This document shows, in pieces, positions 13,764 to 31,432 of a stretch of 64,000 nucleotides of DNA (position 1 is the stretch's first letter; each line of letters opens with the position of its first letter). The notes beneath the pieces are model-generated. The model saw only the letters and a program-made list of their open reading frames with translations. It was not told the DNA's origin and ran no database searches. Origin of the DNA: Eledone cirrhosa. Taxonomy: Eukaryota. The translations under genes and the position numbers were made by a program. Where the stretch lies: NCBI GenBank assembly GCA_964016885.1, contig OZ024742.1, forward strand, positions 155,000,001-155,064,000, given 5' to 3'.

Positions 13764-14875
13764 TTGTCAGGTCACCAGTTGGTGCTACTGGTAACATATA
13801 TCCCAGTACAACCTGTCTAATGGTCTGGTCGTTGGCGACTAAACTGGCAACCCCACCAAGGTATCTTGGTGAGGAGGGTGACTTTGGATATCCTACAGGA
13901 CTAAAAACAAAATCTGTAAAAGGTCAAAGGAGCTATTAAGAGTCAATGGCCATCCAAAATCACCGGGAGAGATGACCCTTAGCCTTTGTCAAGGCAGAAT
14001 TCTAGGAGAAGGAAAACTCTGATATAACACCTGCAACCCTGATGGTATCCCATTATGTTGACTTGTTCTTCTTTTTGGTAAATATCATCTTGGTTAAGTG
14101 AGTGGGACTGGCTTTGTGCAGTGCCTTTGCTCACTATAAAAGCTTCACGGCACAGGCATTGCTTTATATCTGGAGATCTCTCTGAACTTGTCGTCACATG
14201 GTACCATGGGCCCAACACTATGTGTCAATAATTGTCACAAGTGTAGTGTTTTTACTAGATTTTTAAAGTCGCTGGCTGGACTAATAAGTCACATTCAGCG
14301 CATCGGTAGGGGTTCTCCTACATGGATATAAAGTAGTGGCCGTACTCGAAAACGATTTGGCAGCCACAGGTATGTATGTATGTCGCATGGTCGTGTCGTC
14401 GGCGACTAAACCGGCAACCCCACCAAGTTTACTTGTTGAGGAGGGTGAATTTGGACACCCTGCAGACAAAAAAACAAAATCTGACAAAGGCAGAAGAACT
14501 CATAAGGGTCAACGGCCATCCAAAAGTGTGTAAATATGTATATACACATGTACATATGTATATATATGTATATATACATGGGCGCATGTGTATGTATATG
14601 CGCGGGGACATAGAAATAGTCGGGCTGGAGACCCGATCGCGCGGTTAAACCACTGGGAGTGAAGGACACCTAGACATTGTTATGGCATTCTTCTAGAAGA
14701 AGGCAACTCATGAAACTGGGATAACTCCGATATAAAACATGCGGCTCAGTAGTTACCGATGATGTTGATCTTTTCTTCTTTTCGGGTTATAGCTACTGTC
14801 ACTCAGAGATTGGGATTGGCTCAGTGCACAGTCTTTCCTCATTTTAAAAATATCTTCACGCACATGCATTGCACG
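13764..14875 (+). mobile_element. Two diverged copies of an RTE-like 5' UTR / non-autonomous element
   Basis: gtcgt(t/c)ggcgactaaac(t/c)ggcaaccccaccaag...gaggagggtga at ~13828 and ~14395. ctag(g/a)agaagg(a/c)aactc at ~14002 and ~14693 resembles an RTE 5'-UTR motif (recalled, not searched). Confidence 0.55.
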
Positions 14876-15221
14876 ATAGAATTAATTAATAATAATTAAT
14901 AATGGTATATCGAGCAACGGCCATATTCGATAAAGAGGGCGCATCCATCATGTATGTATGTATGTATGTATGTATGTATGTATGTATGTATGTATGTATG
15001 TATATATATGTGTGTGTGTGTGTGATTCTACATAGCTTTGGGATAGCAGGTTGTATTTATAATCGGTATGTTGTGAGTTCGATTCCCTATCCAGCCAACA
15101 CATATAACCCTTGAACTAGACACTTTATTAAACGTTGCCTCATATCACTCAGCTGTAGAAATATGTTGCCACTTCGGAGGCGTGAAGAGGAGACTGGTTG
15201 GAGTTTGAAATGGGGGACTAG

Positions 15222-15268
<47 letters not shown>

Positions 15269-15270
<2 letters not shown>

Positions 15271-15475
15271 AAGGCGGGTAAAATTCCCGAGATCCATGGA
15301 TGAGTTCTCTCCAGCGGTCTCTGTCCCTCATTATCGCTGCCATATCCTGCATCTCCAACAGACCAGTGTCTGTCCTTAGGGCATCAACACATGTTAACCT
15401 TGGTCTTCCTCTTCTAGTGTGTCCATGTAGGGGCTCCCAAAGGAGCACTGAGTGCAATGTCAACTCTGGATGTCG

Positions 15476-15478
<3 letters not shown>
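15269..15478 (-). mobile_element. RTE LINE 3' end
   Basis: HRHPE...VLLWEPLHGHTRRGRPRLT.VD.L..DTG...MRDRDRWR. Inserted in (TA)n. Confidence 0.85.
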
Positions 15479-15563
<85 letters not shown>

Positions 15564-16049
15564 ACGCACATCCGTCCGCAGCGCCAAATTGTTTTGTCTT
15601 GTGTGAGTGACTGTGTCGCCGACGATTACAAATCACGCCGAGATCATTTCGATGTCGATAAAAATGTAGTCTGGTCAGCTGTAAAGTTCAAAGGATGACC
15701 AATATACTCTCATAACCCTGGACAGAAACGATGCAGTTATTAATAAGAAGATTCAAAATTAATGCATGTAAGCGTTCACTTCTCTTGCAGCGTTCCTTCT
15801 GAATCAGCTTATGAACTTTCCAGCCCACCACAGTATCAGTTCAGTACAAAATGTTGTGTGTATATTTCTCATTCACTTTCACTCCCCCTTTCTGGAAGAA
15901 ATCGGCTGTGTTCAGACAGGGAGAGTGTAGTCCGTGGGTACATACACTGTTGCATGTATGTATGTATGTATGTATGTATGTATGTATGTATGTATGTATG
16001 TATGTATGTATGTATGTATGTATTATGTATGTATGTATGTATGTATGTA

Positions 16050-16735
16050 TGTTCTTCTGGTTTTATAATTTCACAAATTTTGGCCAATATAGAGAGAGTC
16101 TGTTTCTAACATAGATACAATACTTTCTCATTGCAATTTACAGAAAATCAACTAGGTAGATGTGTATGCAGGTATCGATGTTATTGTAGGTGTGGATGTG
16201 TATGTTTTGAGTTTTATGTGTGCAAGTGCATATGCTTTGTATCTGTACATCAGTATATGCAGTTATTAAATGCAGATTTTCTGGGATGTTTTACATATGT
16301 TTACTGTTCATTTAATGGATTGTACTTGTAATTTCCTAACTAGTCATGTTTTTTTCTGTTTCTGTGAAGCCTTGCTTCTCAAGATTTGTATTGAGGCAAT
16401 TACTAACATATCCTAGTGCCCCAATAATCACCGAAATGTATATGAAGGTATAGTCAGGGTGAAATGTCTGAAGGTTTCTCATTAGTTCTGCATATTCTCC
16501 TTTTCGCCAATCTTTGATATTATGATGTAATCCGCTGTGCAGCTAAGATCCACTACAGTGTATGCCTTCTTTTTCCCTGTCCCATATCATTATACTGGTC
16601 TGTTATGTCTGCATTTTATTGGGGTTTTTACTGGAACATTCCACCAGTACTCTTTCACATTATGTATTTCTTCCACATTGCTGTAGCTTTTAATGTGTTT
16701 ATTAACGGGGCTATCTTTCTACGGATTGCATTGTA
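16050..16735 (-). mobile_element. Second, more decayed R4/Dong-type RLE 3' end
   Basis: Minus-strand pieces HNRP, WDRE, VVDLSC.AD, YTFIYISVIIGALGYV. Bounded by (TATG)n on both sides. Confidence 0.65.
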
Positions 16736-17370
16736 TGTTTTGTATGTATGCATATATGTATGTTCAGATGTTTGTGTCAGTATTTTCCAAATTATGATAT
16801 AGTGAAATAACCCAATGACTGCATAATATTTTCAATTATTTTTTTTTTAAATATAAGAAACGGATAGATTTAGAAATATAAGTAACTTTCCCGATACGAA
16901 GATGATGTGTAATATATAACATTAAACATTAAAATGGAAAGCTCGAACATGAAGCCATTTAAACAAGAGATTTCATCGAAGAAAATAATAGCTTCCGAAA
17001 ACACACAAATATAAACATTCTAATGATGATTCGCCTACTTTTATATTAATCACTGCCATGTTATACAGCTGTTATTATGAATTGGATAAACCAAACAGCA
17101 GGATTAATTACTCAAGGACGTCATGCATGCGTGTATATAACAGTTATATTGCAATAAATATTTTGAGTATATCTTGTATGTGTTCGCTCAGAGATTTGTT
17201 ACGTAACATATCACTGCACATAATACATTATCAAAATGTCCGATTCTGATTCTTTCATATTTAATCCCTCATTCTATATATGAATACATATCTCAGAATA
17301 CATTCACAATCTTCAAAGACACACATATACATATAATCATATATCTAAAAAACCGTACACATATGTCGTG

Positions 17371-17404
<34 letters not shown>

Positions 17405-17434
17405 CACTCATCGAAAGACATAGAATCACACACA

Positions 17435-17521
<87 letters not shown>

Positions 17522-18862
17522 ATACACTCATGTTTGATTTCGATTCAAGCAAACTACAACCAATGATCTTGATAGGGAGACTATATTACAGAGTATACTT
17601 CACGCATTTTACATTTCGTCTATGTAATAAGGAATTATTTTTAATGAAGTTGCAAAGTCTTTGATGATTTGATGTTACGAGCTGCGGAAGATATTTGTCT
17701 CTGAAATTATTTTGCAGCTTGTCGATGTCTATGATATGTGTCATTTCAGCGTAACATTTATTATAACATAACCGAATATAACAACTATTATTTTCCTGAT
17801 TTATGATAGTCTCAATCTTTAACAGAAATATGATATTACAGCTGAATTTTCAAGATTAAAAAGGAAATTGTAAGACACTACCGATAATAATGATCTAATG
17901 GTTTGCAAGCTTGCTGAATTCTATATAAATGATGAGAAATATGTCTGTCTTTCTATTTAGAACAATAATAATACCTTATTAGATTTATTACACAAATTGC
18001 ATATAGTTTGCCACGTTCTGAAAATATGATTTGATAATTTTGAACCACATTGTATACTTCAAGTCCGCCGGGTTCGATATTTCCCCTACACTTAGTATCT
18101 CGGTTTGAGTGGCTTCTCTATTCTTCAGGTTACGTCACCTATTCGCTTAACCTGTATTAGAAATCATTCTCATCGTGATGCTAATAATAGTGATATCATT
18201 AATGTTCTTAAGGTTATTATTATTGTTTTTTCTAGGAACGGTTCTCTTGTACACATTAAGAGAATCATTATCATCTGGCTATAAATTCAATTGTGTTTTT
18301 CAAAAGATCGTACATGTTTATGGTTGTAGTTTCGTCTTACTGCATGTATTATGTTATTTGCTTGGATTACTTGTTTTCAAGCAGTTATAGATTTTCCGGC
18401 ATTCCTGGACATTTTGTGATCTGAATCCAGTTTTCGTTTCATCTTCATCGTCGATAAGCTATATACTGGTGTTTAGAGGCTTTGATAAAGTTTCGGCTTT
18501 CAGACATTCGAATTGCTGGTCGAATGCTAAGATCTTTTTTCTTTGTACCGGTTGTTTGATCGAATAAGTAAGCGATCCAATACGTACCTGCAACTGGTTT
18601 AATGTCAGAAACAGATCATTTTCTAACATTACTTAGTTGTTGCAGTCTCTACTGCAACAATCTCAAAGTTGACCCTTTGGGGCAGAAATAAACCTGTTGA
18701 TTCCGTGTAGTCAAGCATCTCGATATAGTCTCTTGTTCTGTACCACACGAGAAAATGAGAGTATCGCTGTCACATTTCCCCTCACTCGCACTCATACACT
18801 CTCTTTCTCTCTCCCCCTCTCTCTCTCTAGCGATATATACATATATATTTACACGGAAAAAG

Positions 18863-18945
18863 ACTTTCCTGATGACGGAATGAATTTCTATATGTTTCTT
18901 CGGAAAATATATTTACTCCATTCCTGAAACTAATTAGTTGGAAGT
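18863..18945 (+). ncRNA. Hammerhead ribozyme with extended stem II
   Basis: actttc-CTGATGA-c-ggaatg...cattcc-t-GAAAC-taatta-GTT-ggaagt. Palindromic stem III (actaattagt). Lies in a ~140-bp island between microsatellites. Confidence 0.75.
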
Positions 18946-18986
18946 GATTTTTTAGTAAGTTAACTTTATAATTTTCTTATTTTACG

Positions 18987-19117
<131 letters not shown>

Positions 19118-19202
19118 TAATGGTAGTTAAGATGCTTCCATAGGCGGTTTGCCGGTTGAGCACTCTATGCTCCTATGGAGCAGAGTATGATGGCATGGAA
19201 TA

Positions 19203-19512
19203 CGAAAATTCAGTGATGCATCGCAACTCAATTTATTGCGTATTACAATTGTTTCCCCGGCGAACAGATCAAGGTGGGATCTGTGTGTGTATCGACCTTA
19301 CTCTGGATTCACAGATTCCTCAGACACATCTATTGATTTCGGAACAGACACTCTTTCTCATACAGATCTGCCCCGAAACCAATAGACGTGTCTGAGGAAT
19401 TTGTGAATCCAGAGTCAGGTTGATCCATACACAGATCGCACCTTGACCTGTACGCCGGGGAAACAATTGTAATATGCAATCAACTGAGTTCCGATGCATC
19501 ACTAATTTTTCG
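19203..19512. repeat. Imperfect fold-back (~140-bp arms) with a hammerhead-like motif in each arm
   Basis: 19203-19345 vs 19369-19512. Each arm reads tgtgt/cgtgt-CTGAGGA-(61 nt)-GAAAC-aatt-GTA-ata(c/t)g. Confidence 0.85.
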
Positions 19513-19519
19513 ATTTACA

Positions 19520-19696
<177 letters not shown>

Positions 19697-19724
19697 CGGA
19701 CATAGATATATATATATATATATA

Positions 19725-19892
19725 GGTAGAGGGCCGGACACCATGGTTTTCAGCATTGTTACGTCCCTTTACGGTCTGAGTTCCAATCCCATCGAAGTTC
19801 ACTTTGCCTTTCATCCTTACGGGGTCGATAAAATAAAGTACCAGTAATGCACTGGGATAATCGTTGGCCTTGTGCCAAAAGTAGAAATTATT
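19725..19892 (+). mobile_element. Nin-domain tRNA-derived SINE (short-tail form)
   Basis: gagttccaatccc B-box, actttgcctttcatccttacggggtcgataaaataaagtaccag core, tail ggccttgtgcc..gtagaaattatt. Confidence 0.85.
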
Positions 19893-20180
19893 GTTATACA
19901 TACATATATGACTGTTTTATCAGGGTAATTCATTAATGGATATCAAATTTGCGTCACTAAAAACATGCAAATAAAGAAATTACTAAATGTTGCAAGAAAC
20001 TAATTTGTCCACACTAGCGCTATTCAAGTCCCACCATTGATAAATTGTTGTGAAATTTGCAATTTATATCTGAAAATCACAATAATCAAACCAAAACAAA
20101 AAGTTATTTAAAGGAATAACTAAATAGAAATAAATATTAAAAAAAACCTTTATAGAATAAGAAAAAAAACCTAAGGAATG

Positions 20181-20222
<42 letters not shown>

Positions 20223-20846
20223 TTGTGTGTGTGTATGGGTATGCGTGTGTATGTGTATGTGTGTGTGTGTGCGTGCGCGTGTGAGTGAAACATGAGGCGA
20301 TTAATGTAACTAGTTTAAATGCAATAACATTCTAATTAATTTCTAGTTTAGTTCTTGTTTCTTTCGGTTTACTGAATTGGGAGATATCTACTAAATTATG
20401 TCTGTGTTCCTCACATTGACACAAAATCGAAACATTTTGTAAGCTTTACTTTACGTTAGGTATATCTTTGCTTATTTTGAATGACGTCTTAGTTTTCTTC
20501 TGCAAGCTGCTTTCACTTTTGATCTCTATCTCTTTCTCTCTATCTCTCTCATTTTCTCATTTACCGATCTCCATATCATTCCCTCTTCCTCTACCCTCCG
20601 CCAAATCAACCTCTGTTTATTTCTTTATTTCATGAATACTTCAATAAGCAAACCATGAGGTCAGTGGGTATTTATAGCGGAGAAATCTCAGTTGCAATTG
20701 ATTTGGTCATGTCTCTCCTCCGTGGATAACGTCTGCAAGCGAATCGTCGATATATTGAATACGTGGCATTTATTGTACCTTTGTTTAGACTAAAGTTTCC
20801 TGAATCACAGTGTACAAAGTACACACACATATACAGACACACTCAC

Positions 20847-21479
<633 letters not shown>

Positions 21480-21618
21480 ACTCTGGAGTACAGAAGGATC
21501 AGGAACTGAGTTTCTTCAAGTATTCTTCCATAACTCGTTGAGTAACCCCTCACCGTACGTCAACTCTATCCAGTGTAGTAATTAACCATTACTGCATCCA
21601 GGATAATCCTATACCTAA

Positions 21619-21655
<37 letters not shown>

Positions 21656-21670
21656 TTATATATATATATA

Positions 21671-21935
21671 TTGTTATACTTTGGGAGGGTCATGTTGCCA
21701 ATAAGAAACACACGCAAAAGTTGCTTTCACTTCAATTTATTATAATAAATTTATATATTTATAAATTTCTGGTTGGTTGATTGGTTCCACAACCAGATAG
21801 TTGTTTATATATTGTCATAGTTCTTTCGTCACACACTCTGTGACCTCTTCAGTGACTGGGGGATTATTTTCTTTGGTTTTTGTGCCTCTCCTGTGTTCTG
21901 TCCCACGCCATTTTGTTTATGTGTTGTGAAACGAA
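21671..21935 (-). mobile_element. Solo pLTR fragment of PLE family B with hammerhead (21814-21856)
   Basis: Matches 55738-56000. Minus: gtca-CTGAAGA-g-gtcaca(gagtg)tgtgac-GAAA-gaac-TA-tgac. Flanked by (TA)n. Confidence 0.9.
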
Positions 21936-22047
<112 letters not shown>

Positions 22048-22060
22048 TTATATATATACT

Positions 22061-22108
<48 letters not shown>

Positions 22109-22129
22109 CATATGTATATATTGAAAAGA

Positions 22130-24322
<2,193 letters not shown>

Positions 24323-26953
24323 AACGTATATATCTATATATCACACACATATATATATATATATATATACAACAACGCCCCAGCTGTCTCTATCTCTCTC
24401 TTCCAATCTTCTTCTCTGTCTCCTCTCCCTCTCTCTATGCGTCTCTTTTAATCTACTCTCTCACAACCACTACCTCTTTCTCTCTATCCTTCTCTCTTTT
24501 TGTTTATGAAGGTACACAGAAAACCCCATATCTCGGGAAGCTATGCTTCGATTTACGTGAAACTTGTTTTATTCCATGTGTATTCCCATATCAGGGCATC
24601 TTCCTATAAAAGTATTTTCCCATTATGTGATGTTTTGGCTGTATTACATTACATACAAGCAAGCAATGACAGAGTTTTTGTAATATATGGATTAGATATT
24701 AAATTGTGCCGGCGTTTGTAAGTATTTGTATGTGAGTTAGTGTATATTTTCATGTCTTTTTCAGCATTGAACTATTACTTTACTATTTCATACAACTGAG
24801 CAAATCAATCTTACTATGACCCGGATTTATGTTTCTAAACGAAAGCGTTTAATAGAATGGGATATTTGGAAGTAACATCTATTGTAATATGTCCTCTATC
24901 ACGGTCACTGTGGTTGTTTTGTATAAACGGATTTCATTCCAGTGTTTAAAAAATAGGATGTTATCGTTTTTCTTGGGCTCTTTAAACACGAATGCTTCAA
25001 TGATGCATACTGCTAGATAGCAATAAACAGATATACATTGTCTGTTTTAGACAAAGGTATGGGATGTATTGTTAAACTATCGGCAGAAAGCAGTAAGGTA
25101 TTGCAGCCATAATGGAACTGCAGCTTGACCATTCTCTATTCTAAGAAAAATAATCAATATGCCAAATGGATTTCTTGGAAATCTGTCTTTTCAACACGAA
25201 TGTCAGAATACGACCATATGTTTCCCTCCAACAGCTTTGTTATCGTTATTTCATTCCTCACTAATCGATGTTTTGATGCATGATCATTTCGCAGAAGAAA
25301 GCTAAATTTCAGAACTAATAACTAAATCATAACAAAAAATAAAAGGAAATATTCACATTTCATGTTTATATATGTATATCTTATCCGGGAATTTATTTAT
25401 CATAAATATTGCCTGCTATACATTTACTTTGTTAAAGAGTTAATGGTGTAAGTAATTGTCTGTATTATTTTTTAAAGATAGTGTTCGTCTCTAGATCATC
25501 CCAAGGTAATCAGAGATTCGAGAACATGTGCTCCTGATAAGAGTATCCCATAGTTTCCATATACTTGGGATTGCGTGACCCAATGTATAATTTTATTTTT
25601 AAAGATGAAATTGTGAGGGAGAACGTCTGAGTGGTGTCTCATGATTATTTTTGCTTGAAGCGTCTAGCAAATACGTTCAACCTGCAATAATGTTTGCACA
25701 TGTATATAGGTCAAATTGTCTAGTTAATTTAATACTCAATCTGGCTTGCAGCTTAGGAATTGTTCGCCATCCCATCATCATTAGTACACCACACCGGAAA
25801 TTCACAGACATTTGGTTAACGTTTATCTTTCTACGCGTTGAAATTTCGCGAAATATTTTGTTTACTTCCTATCAAACTGTACTTATATTAAATATCTTCT
25901 ACTGAAAGCCTGAAATGAGTATGCTGTCTGCCGGTAAGATTTCCGTCTTCTATTCAACATCGGAGCCATTTTATTTGTCTAGAAATGTGTATTGAAATCA
26001 GTCAAATTAGGAGGATGCTCTTCCTGTTCCTATTTGGGTATAGATTTGAAATTGACATAGTGTTTTGCTGTTGTGTTTGTTCATGTAGAATATTAATCTT
26101 AGTACGAACTAGTTTCCACGCAAACATTTTATCAAAAACGTTCCTGTAATCGAGGGCTGCAATTTTCATTCTATAATTTATTGTTTTATCAAGAATGGTG
26201 GGGTTGAAGAAGAAATGACTGCTATTTATAGCAATCAGAGTCATCCCTTTGGTAATAAATATCTGTCCTCTGGTTTTTACGTTTGATTATAGATGTTTCG
26301 CAAAATTATGTCGATATTGATTTTCAGATGTACAGAATTATGACATTCCAGACATGTTCAGTAGATCCAATTCAATGTAAAATAAAATGACTTTTGGAAA
26401 TATGTCTCATTAAATATGTTACCACATTCAACGTGAATTGTCTTGATTTACATTCATTTTCGTCATTAAAGCCTCTCGAGAAATTTCAGCATAGCATTTC
26501 TGATAATCTAATAACCTGGCAGTTTATGATGATGTCCGCATCTCTAACAGATATTAATCCATAAAGAATCGTAACACAAAATTTAGCTTTTCTCACTATG
26601 TCATTATTCGCATTTTCGCACATGTTAGTGATTACTGATTCTAAAGCAGCACAACTGGATATTTTTCAGAAATTTTCAGTCAAAAATGAAATGTATTTTA
26701 TAATAGTGAATAATCAGCCAGTAAGATTGTGATTCAATTTATGTCAGTGTATTATCAGAAGAGCAAGAATTAAACGGTATTGGGAAAATATTATTGATCT
26801 TGAAGATGATTTATCAGCTGCTACACCAACTACTAATACCAATGATACTAATACTTCTACTTTTGTGTAAAACTTATTCTAATACTAATGTTTCTTACCC
26901 TCCATTCTTCCTCGTCGTTTGCATCATCATCATGTGATTATTGTGTCTTTGAC

Positions 26954-26975
26954 TCTACTACTACTACTGCTACTG

Positions 26976-27028
<53 letters not shown>

Positions 27029-27056
27029 GCTGCTGCTGCTGATGCTGCTACTATTG

Positions 27057-27111
<55 letters not shown>

Positions 27112-27123
27112 CACTACTACTAT

Positions 27124-27164
<41 letters not shown>

Positions 27165-27212
27165 ATAATAATAATAATAATAATAATAACAACAACAACA
27201 AAAATAATAATA
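26954..27212. repeat. (TAC)n/(TGC)n/(TAA)n/(AAC)n trinucleotide array
   Basis: Directly visible. Confidence 0.95.
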
Positions 27213-27224
27213 AAAGGTTTTTTT

Positions 27225-27430
27225 TTATATAGGCACTAGGCCAGCAATTTTGGGGGAGGGGAAAATCGATTAAATCGACCCCAGTGCGTGACTGGTACTT
27301 TAATCCACCCCATAAGGATGAAAGGCGAAGTTAACCTCGGTGGGATTTGAACTCAGATCATAAAGGGCCGTAATTCTATGCTGCAAGGCATGAGGTCCGA
27401 CCCTCCACCAATACCGCCAATCCACCGCCT
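27225..27430 (-). mobile_element. Nin-domain SINE (long-tail form)
   Basis: Reverse complement of the 31131 type, including ctggggtcgatttaatcga. Sits between (TAA)n runs. Confidence 0.9.
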
Positions 27431-27433
27431 TAA

Positions 27434-27470
<37 letters not shown>

Positions 27471-30400
27471 TCATCATCAGTATAATTGCTTTGAACATAA
27501 TAAGAAGTATTAACGATTCCAACGTGTACAAAAAAAGTTATATTTTAATGTCTTACTACTTTAGTAAAAATGTTATTTAAGACTTTTCCACAATGACACT
27601 ACTCCATTGAATAAGACTGAATTACTTAGTTGTCATGGGAATATTCATAAACTAATCTCTGATTTTGATTGGCTTTCAAAGTCCTATGATTTTTTTTTTT
27701 TAAATTATATTCACAATTTTACAAAGTAAACAAAACATGATTTCTTTGTAATCTAATTATATTTTGTATAAACGTCAATATAATATAACTGAAAATCGAT
27801 CATGTTGTTTTCCGGTATCATTATGTTTATTTTCATTAGCATCTTTTCGTCTACAAATGATTTATGGAATTCAAGGAGAAACTACGTGTTTCTAGAAAAA
27901 AATCAGTGAAAAAAATAAGTGTTTTTCTTTATTTATTTTCCCCAATGTGTTTCTGGAATCAATATACAGAACATATTTTATATTAACTAATGGGTTTGTG
28001 TTTATTGACATGAAATCTTCTCCTTGGCGGCCAGGAACGAAAAACGAAACAAGCCATATCAAAATTCTACTTTATCAACGTATTGCTTCTATCATCTTGC
28101 CTATTTGCTTACATGCAATACTAAATACCTTAATCTGAATGACTGTAAGAGGATAAGGATCTTCGTATATATAAAATACACGAGTCTTTCAGCGTATCAT
28201 GAGTTTAAACCGGTATATTCGTTTTATCTTATTCTATTATAAATCAGTTTTATTTAATAGTAATCCATATTCTTTCTTCTATTTAAACCTTACTGTGATT
28301 ACCTCCATTATACAGCTATACAATTAGAAAAACACGTTAATGTCATTTGAGTAGACTGTCGCATTAAAAACAAGCAAGCAAACAAAATTAATCTCATCAA
28401 CGGTGAAATTACGTATTTCTTATTCAGATGGTAAATGTTGTTAAGTTGGAGAACAACCAGTGAAACCTTCGGTCGAATGTTATGCATTGTTTGTATTAAA
28501 TCCAGAATGATGGAAGTTTATTTATTTTTATGAAGAGAGTTAAATGTTCAAACATATCCACCGGCGTCCATTTTAGTTACAGCAGGTGTATTGTGTTGCA
28601 GTTTTATTGTGATTATATTGGTACTGTTACAGGCATATCATACAGTTTTATCATATGTACAGATATATAGTCTAAATGTCGATGAATGATCACTTTGATG
28701 GGTTCTATTATTGAATCTGATAGATTATAGAATTGAATAAACACGGATGGATGTCTAATAATTACTAGTTACCTTAATGTCTGGGTTGTCTTTGTCAGTA
28801 GAAACTGTATAATTTCAGGCAAGCCACATGTTGTAATGCCTGGATATTATATAATGTTACTACATTCGCCTTCTTATTTATAAAAAAAAATTTTAAAACT
28901 ATATATTGTGGGCCCACATATTATAGAAAAAATAGTGTATTCTATATTATGCTTTCTAAATATGCGTTCACATAATAACCTGGCCATTTTCATAATTCAT
29001 CTTTCTGAATTCTATAAAATTATTCCTAATTAAGGCAGTTTCAAAGTAGTGTACATGCATTCTTAAATGAATGTGACCTTATATAAAATATATGTTATAT
29101 GGGAAGTGAGATTCATCGACAATCTGTTGTATATGGCTAAATATATTTTCACTGGTATTCCATGTAGTATTATTTTAAATACGTTGACCATTTATAAATA
29201 TGAGTCTTTAGAGTTACTAGAATTATATTAAATCACAAGCTTCACTGTTTATCACACAAATACCATAGGCAGGCTAAGGAAATTAATATATAGGGTATCT
29301 AGAAATAAGTTCAGGTTTCGCCAATTAATCGTATCGTTTCCTTCTATGTATTTAGCAGTCGAGAATATCAAAGTAATCAGCAATAATATAGAGATCATTA
29401 CTAATAATCTTTTCCAGTGAAGTTCCAGAATATATTTTACAGTTATTTGGCTGCCAATAGATTCTTAGGTGTATATAACTAAGATCATAAGCGTATATAT
29501 ATTCACTTATATTCAGCGTGAGCTGAACGTCAATATGATTTATCGAATTTCGTTTAATATATCAGTAAATCAGAAAAGTGTAGCCGAAAGCGCGTTAACT
29601 ATTCATTAGAAAGAACTATTCGTCTCCAGGGAAGTGATTGGCATTGCGTTAAGTACATAATATATTATACATTTATTTATCAGACTTTTCGCTTATCCGA
29701 TATCGTACAAATTATCTAAAATCCCTTTAGCGGACGAAAGCTTTTAGTTGAAGGTGATAAATATTGTCGAGTATACTTCAACATCTTTTTACGAAGGGAG
29801 AATATTTGTTATCAGTATTTGATACTAGTAGCTATTACAGAAATAATCATTTGGATAAAAATCGGAAATTGAAAAAAAGAAGAAGTATGTTTATGGTTTT
29901 ACTCAATGGCAAATGATACCCCATTAAAACGAATTAAACATCATCTTTAATTAACATTATATGACGTATTTGAAGCAAAATGAAATAACGTAAACTTACT
30001 TTCATTTTCATTCTGACTCCCAATGATGCAAGTTAATGCATAGTTACAATATGCCTAGGGGAAAATCTTAGACAGTTGAAGCTGAAAGAAAAAAAAACAT
30101 GCTAAGGACTTCAATGACAAAATGTATTCAACTAATATATTAGAAACTCATTAACAGAACAATATCAGACGCACTTATGTGCATATTGAAAACAAATAAA
30201 TATTCCATATTTATTGCATAATATAGTGTCGAATCTTGGTTGTAGAATTTTATGTTCACATATCTCAATAACTACCATAAGGAAAGTTAGTAATTTTGAA
30301 ACATCCCACATATCTAATGCAAAAATATTGTTCGTTAAATTTCGAGGCTCATAATTGCATTTGGCATTTGTAATTTTGAGTCCGTTTGATATGTAGAAAA

Positions 30401-31130
30401 TCGATATTACAACTAATGAGCTCAAAGTAATGTGGAGCACTTGGCTAAACGCCACACAATTGTTACATTTATGAATATATATTCGTAGATGAATTCATAT
30501 CGGAACCAACTATATAGTTCATGTCTCGGGGATGTATATATATAACAATGGGATTGTGAATGTCATAGGAAAAGAGGCAGCTCGGATGTTAAATTTAAAA
30601 CATTCTTTATGTACGCAACTTGACATATGGATCAGCATATTAGCCTAAATATCGCATTTCCTGCTTATTCCACGGTATTTCATTTTCTAAATTTAAGGGC
30701 CTTTGTACCTAGACAATTATGCGGCGAACACGGTAAATTTTCAGTGAATCATTTACGCCGATCCCTTTTAGTCGTTTGTTGGCACTCCTTCATATATATC
30801 AATACGTTTTACTGGGAAACGTGTAAATGTCAGATTATCGATTCCACTAAATTTCTATTTTTTTTCTTCTTCTAATATAGTTAATACATATTTAATATAG
30901 CTAAGGTGTGACATGTATATTAGAAAAGCGGGCTACAAACTTACCTCTATTCACAAGAAAAGCTCACTTCTCTTAAAGCATTAACGAATATGTTAACACA
31001 TTGGTAATCTACCTTAATTTTCCCATTAAGTCACTTTCCATATGGAAACGTTTACATCGATCAACGTTTATTTCCTTGCTAACATTCTGAATGTCACAAT
31101 CTCCTGCTTAGTATTATTATTAACAGGCAT

Positions 31131-31365
31131 GAGGGCGGTGGATTGGCAGTATCGGTAGAGGGTCGGACGCCATGCTTTGCAGCATAGAGTTACGGCTCTT
31201 TATGATTTGAGCTCAAATCCTGCCGAGGTTAACTTTGCCTTTCATCCTTATAGGGTCGATAAAATAAAGTACCCGTCACGCACTGGGGTCGATTTAATCG
31301 ACTTCCCCCCCCCCACCCACCCCGAAAAAAATTACTGGCCTTGTGCCTATATAAGAAACCATTAT
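31131..31365 (+). mobile_element. Nin-domain SINE, full length (long-tail form)
   Basis: A-box tggcagtatcgg, B-box gagctcaaatcc, Nin core, hairpin gtcgatttaatcgac plus poly-C. attattaacaggcatga occurs on both sides, a probable target-site duplication. Confidence 0.9.
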
Positions 31366-31387
31366 TAACAGGCATGACACAATGTTT

Positions 31388-31432
<45 letters not shown>

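Noticed and set aside
18180-18700. PLE N-terminal coding remnant next to the 18863 ribozyme
   Set aside because: No diagnostic motif could be read, and a microsatellite separates it from the ribozyme.
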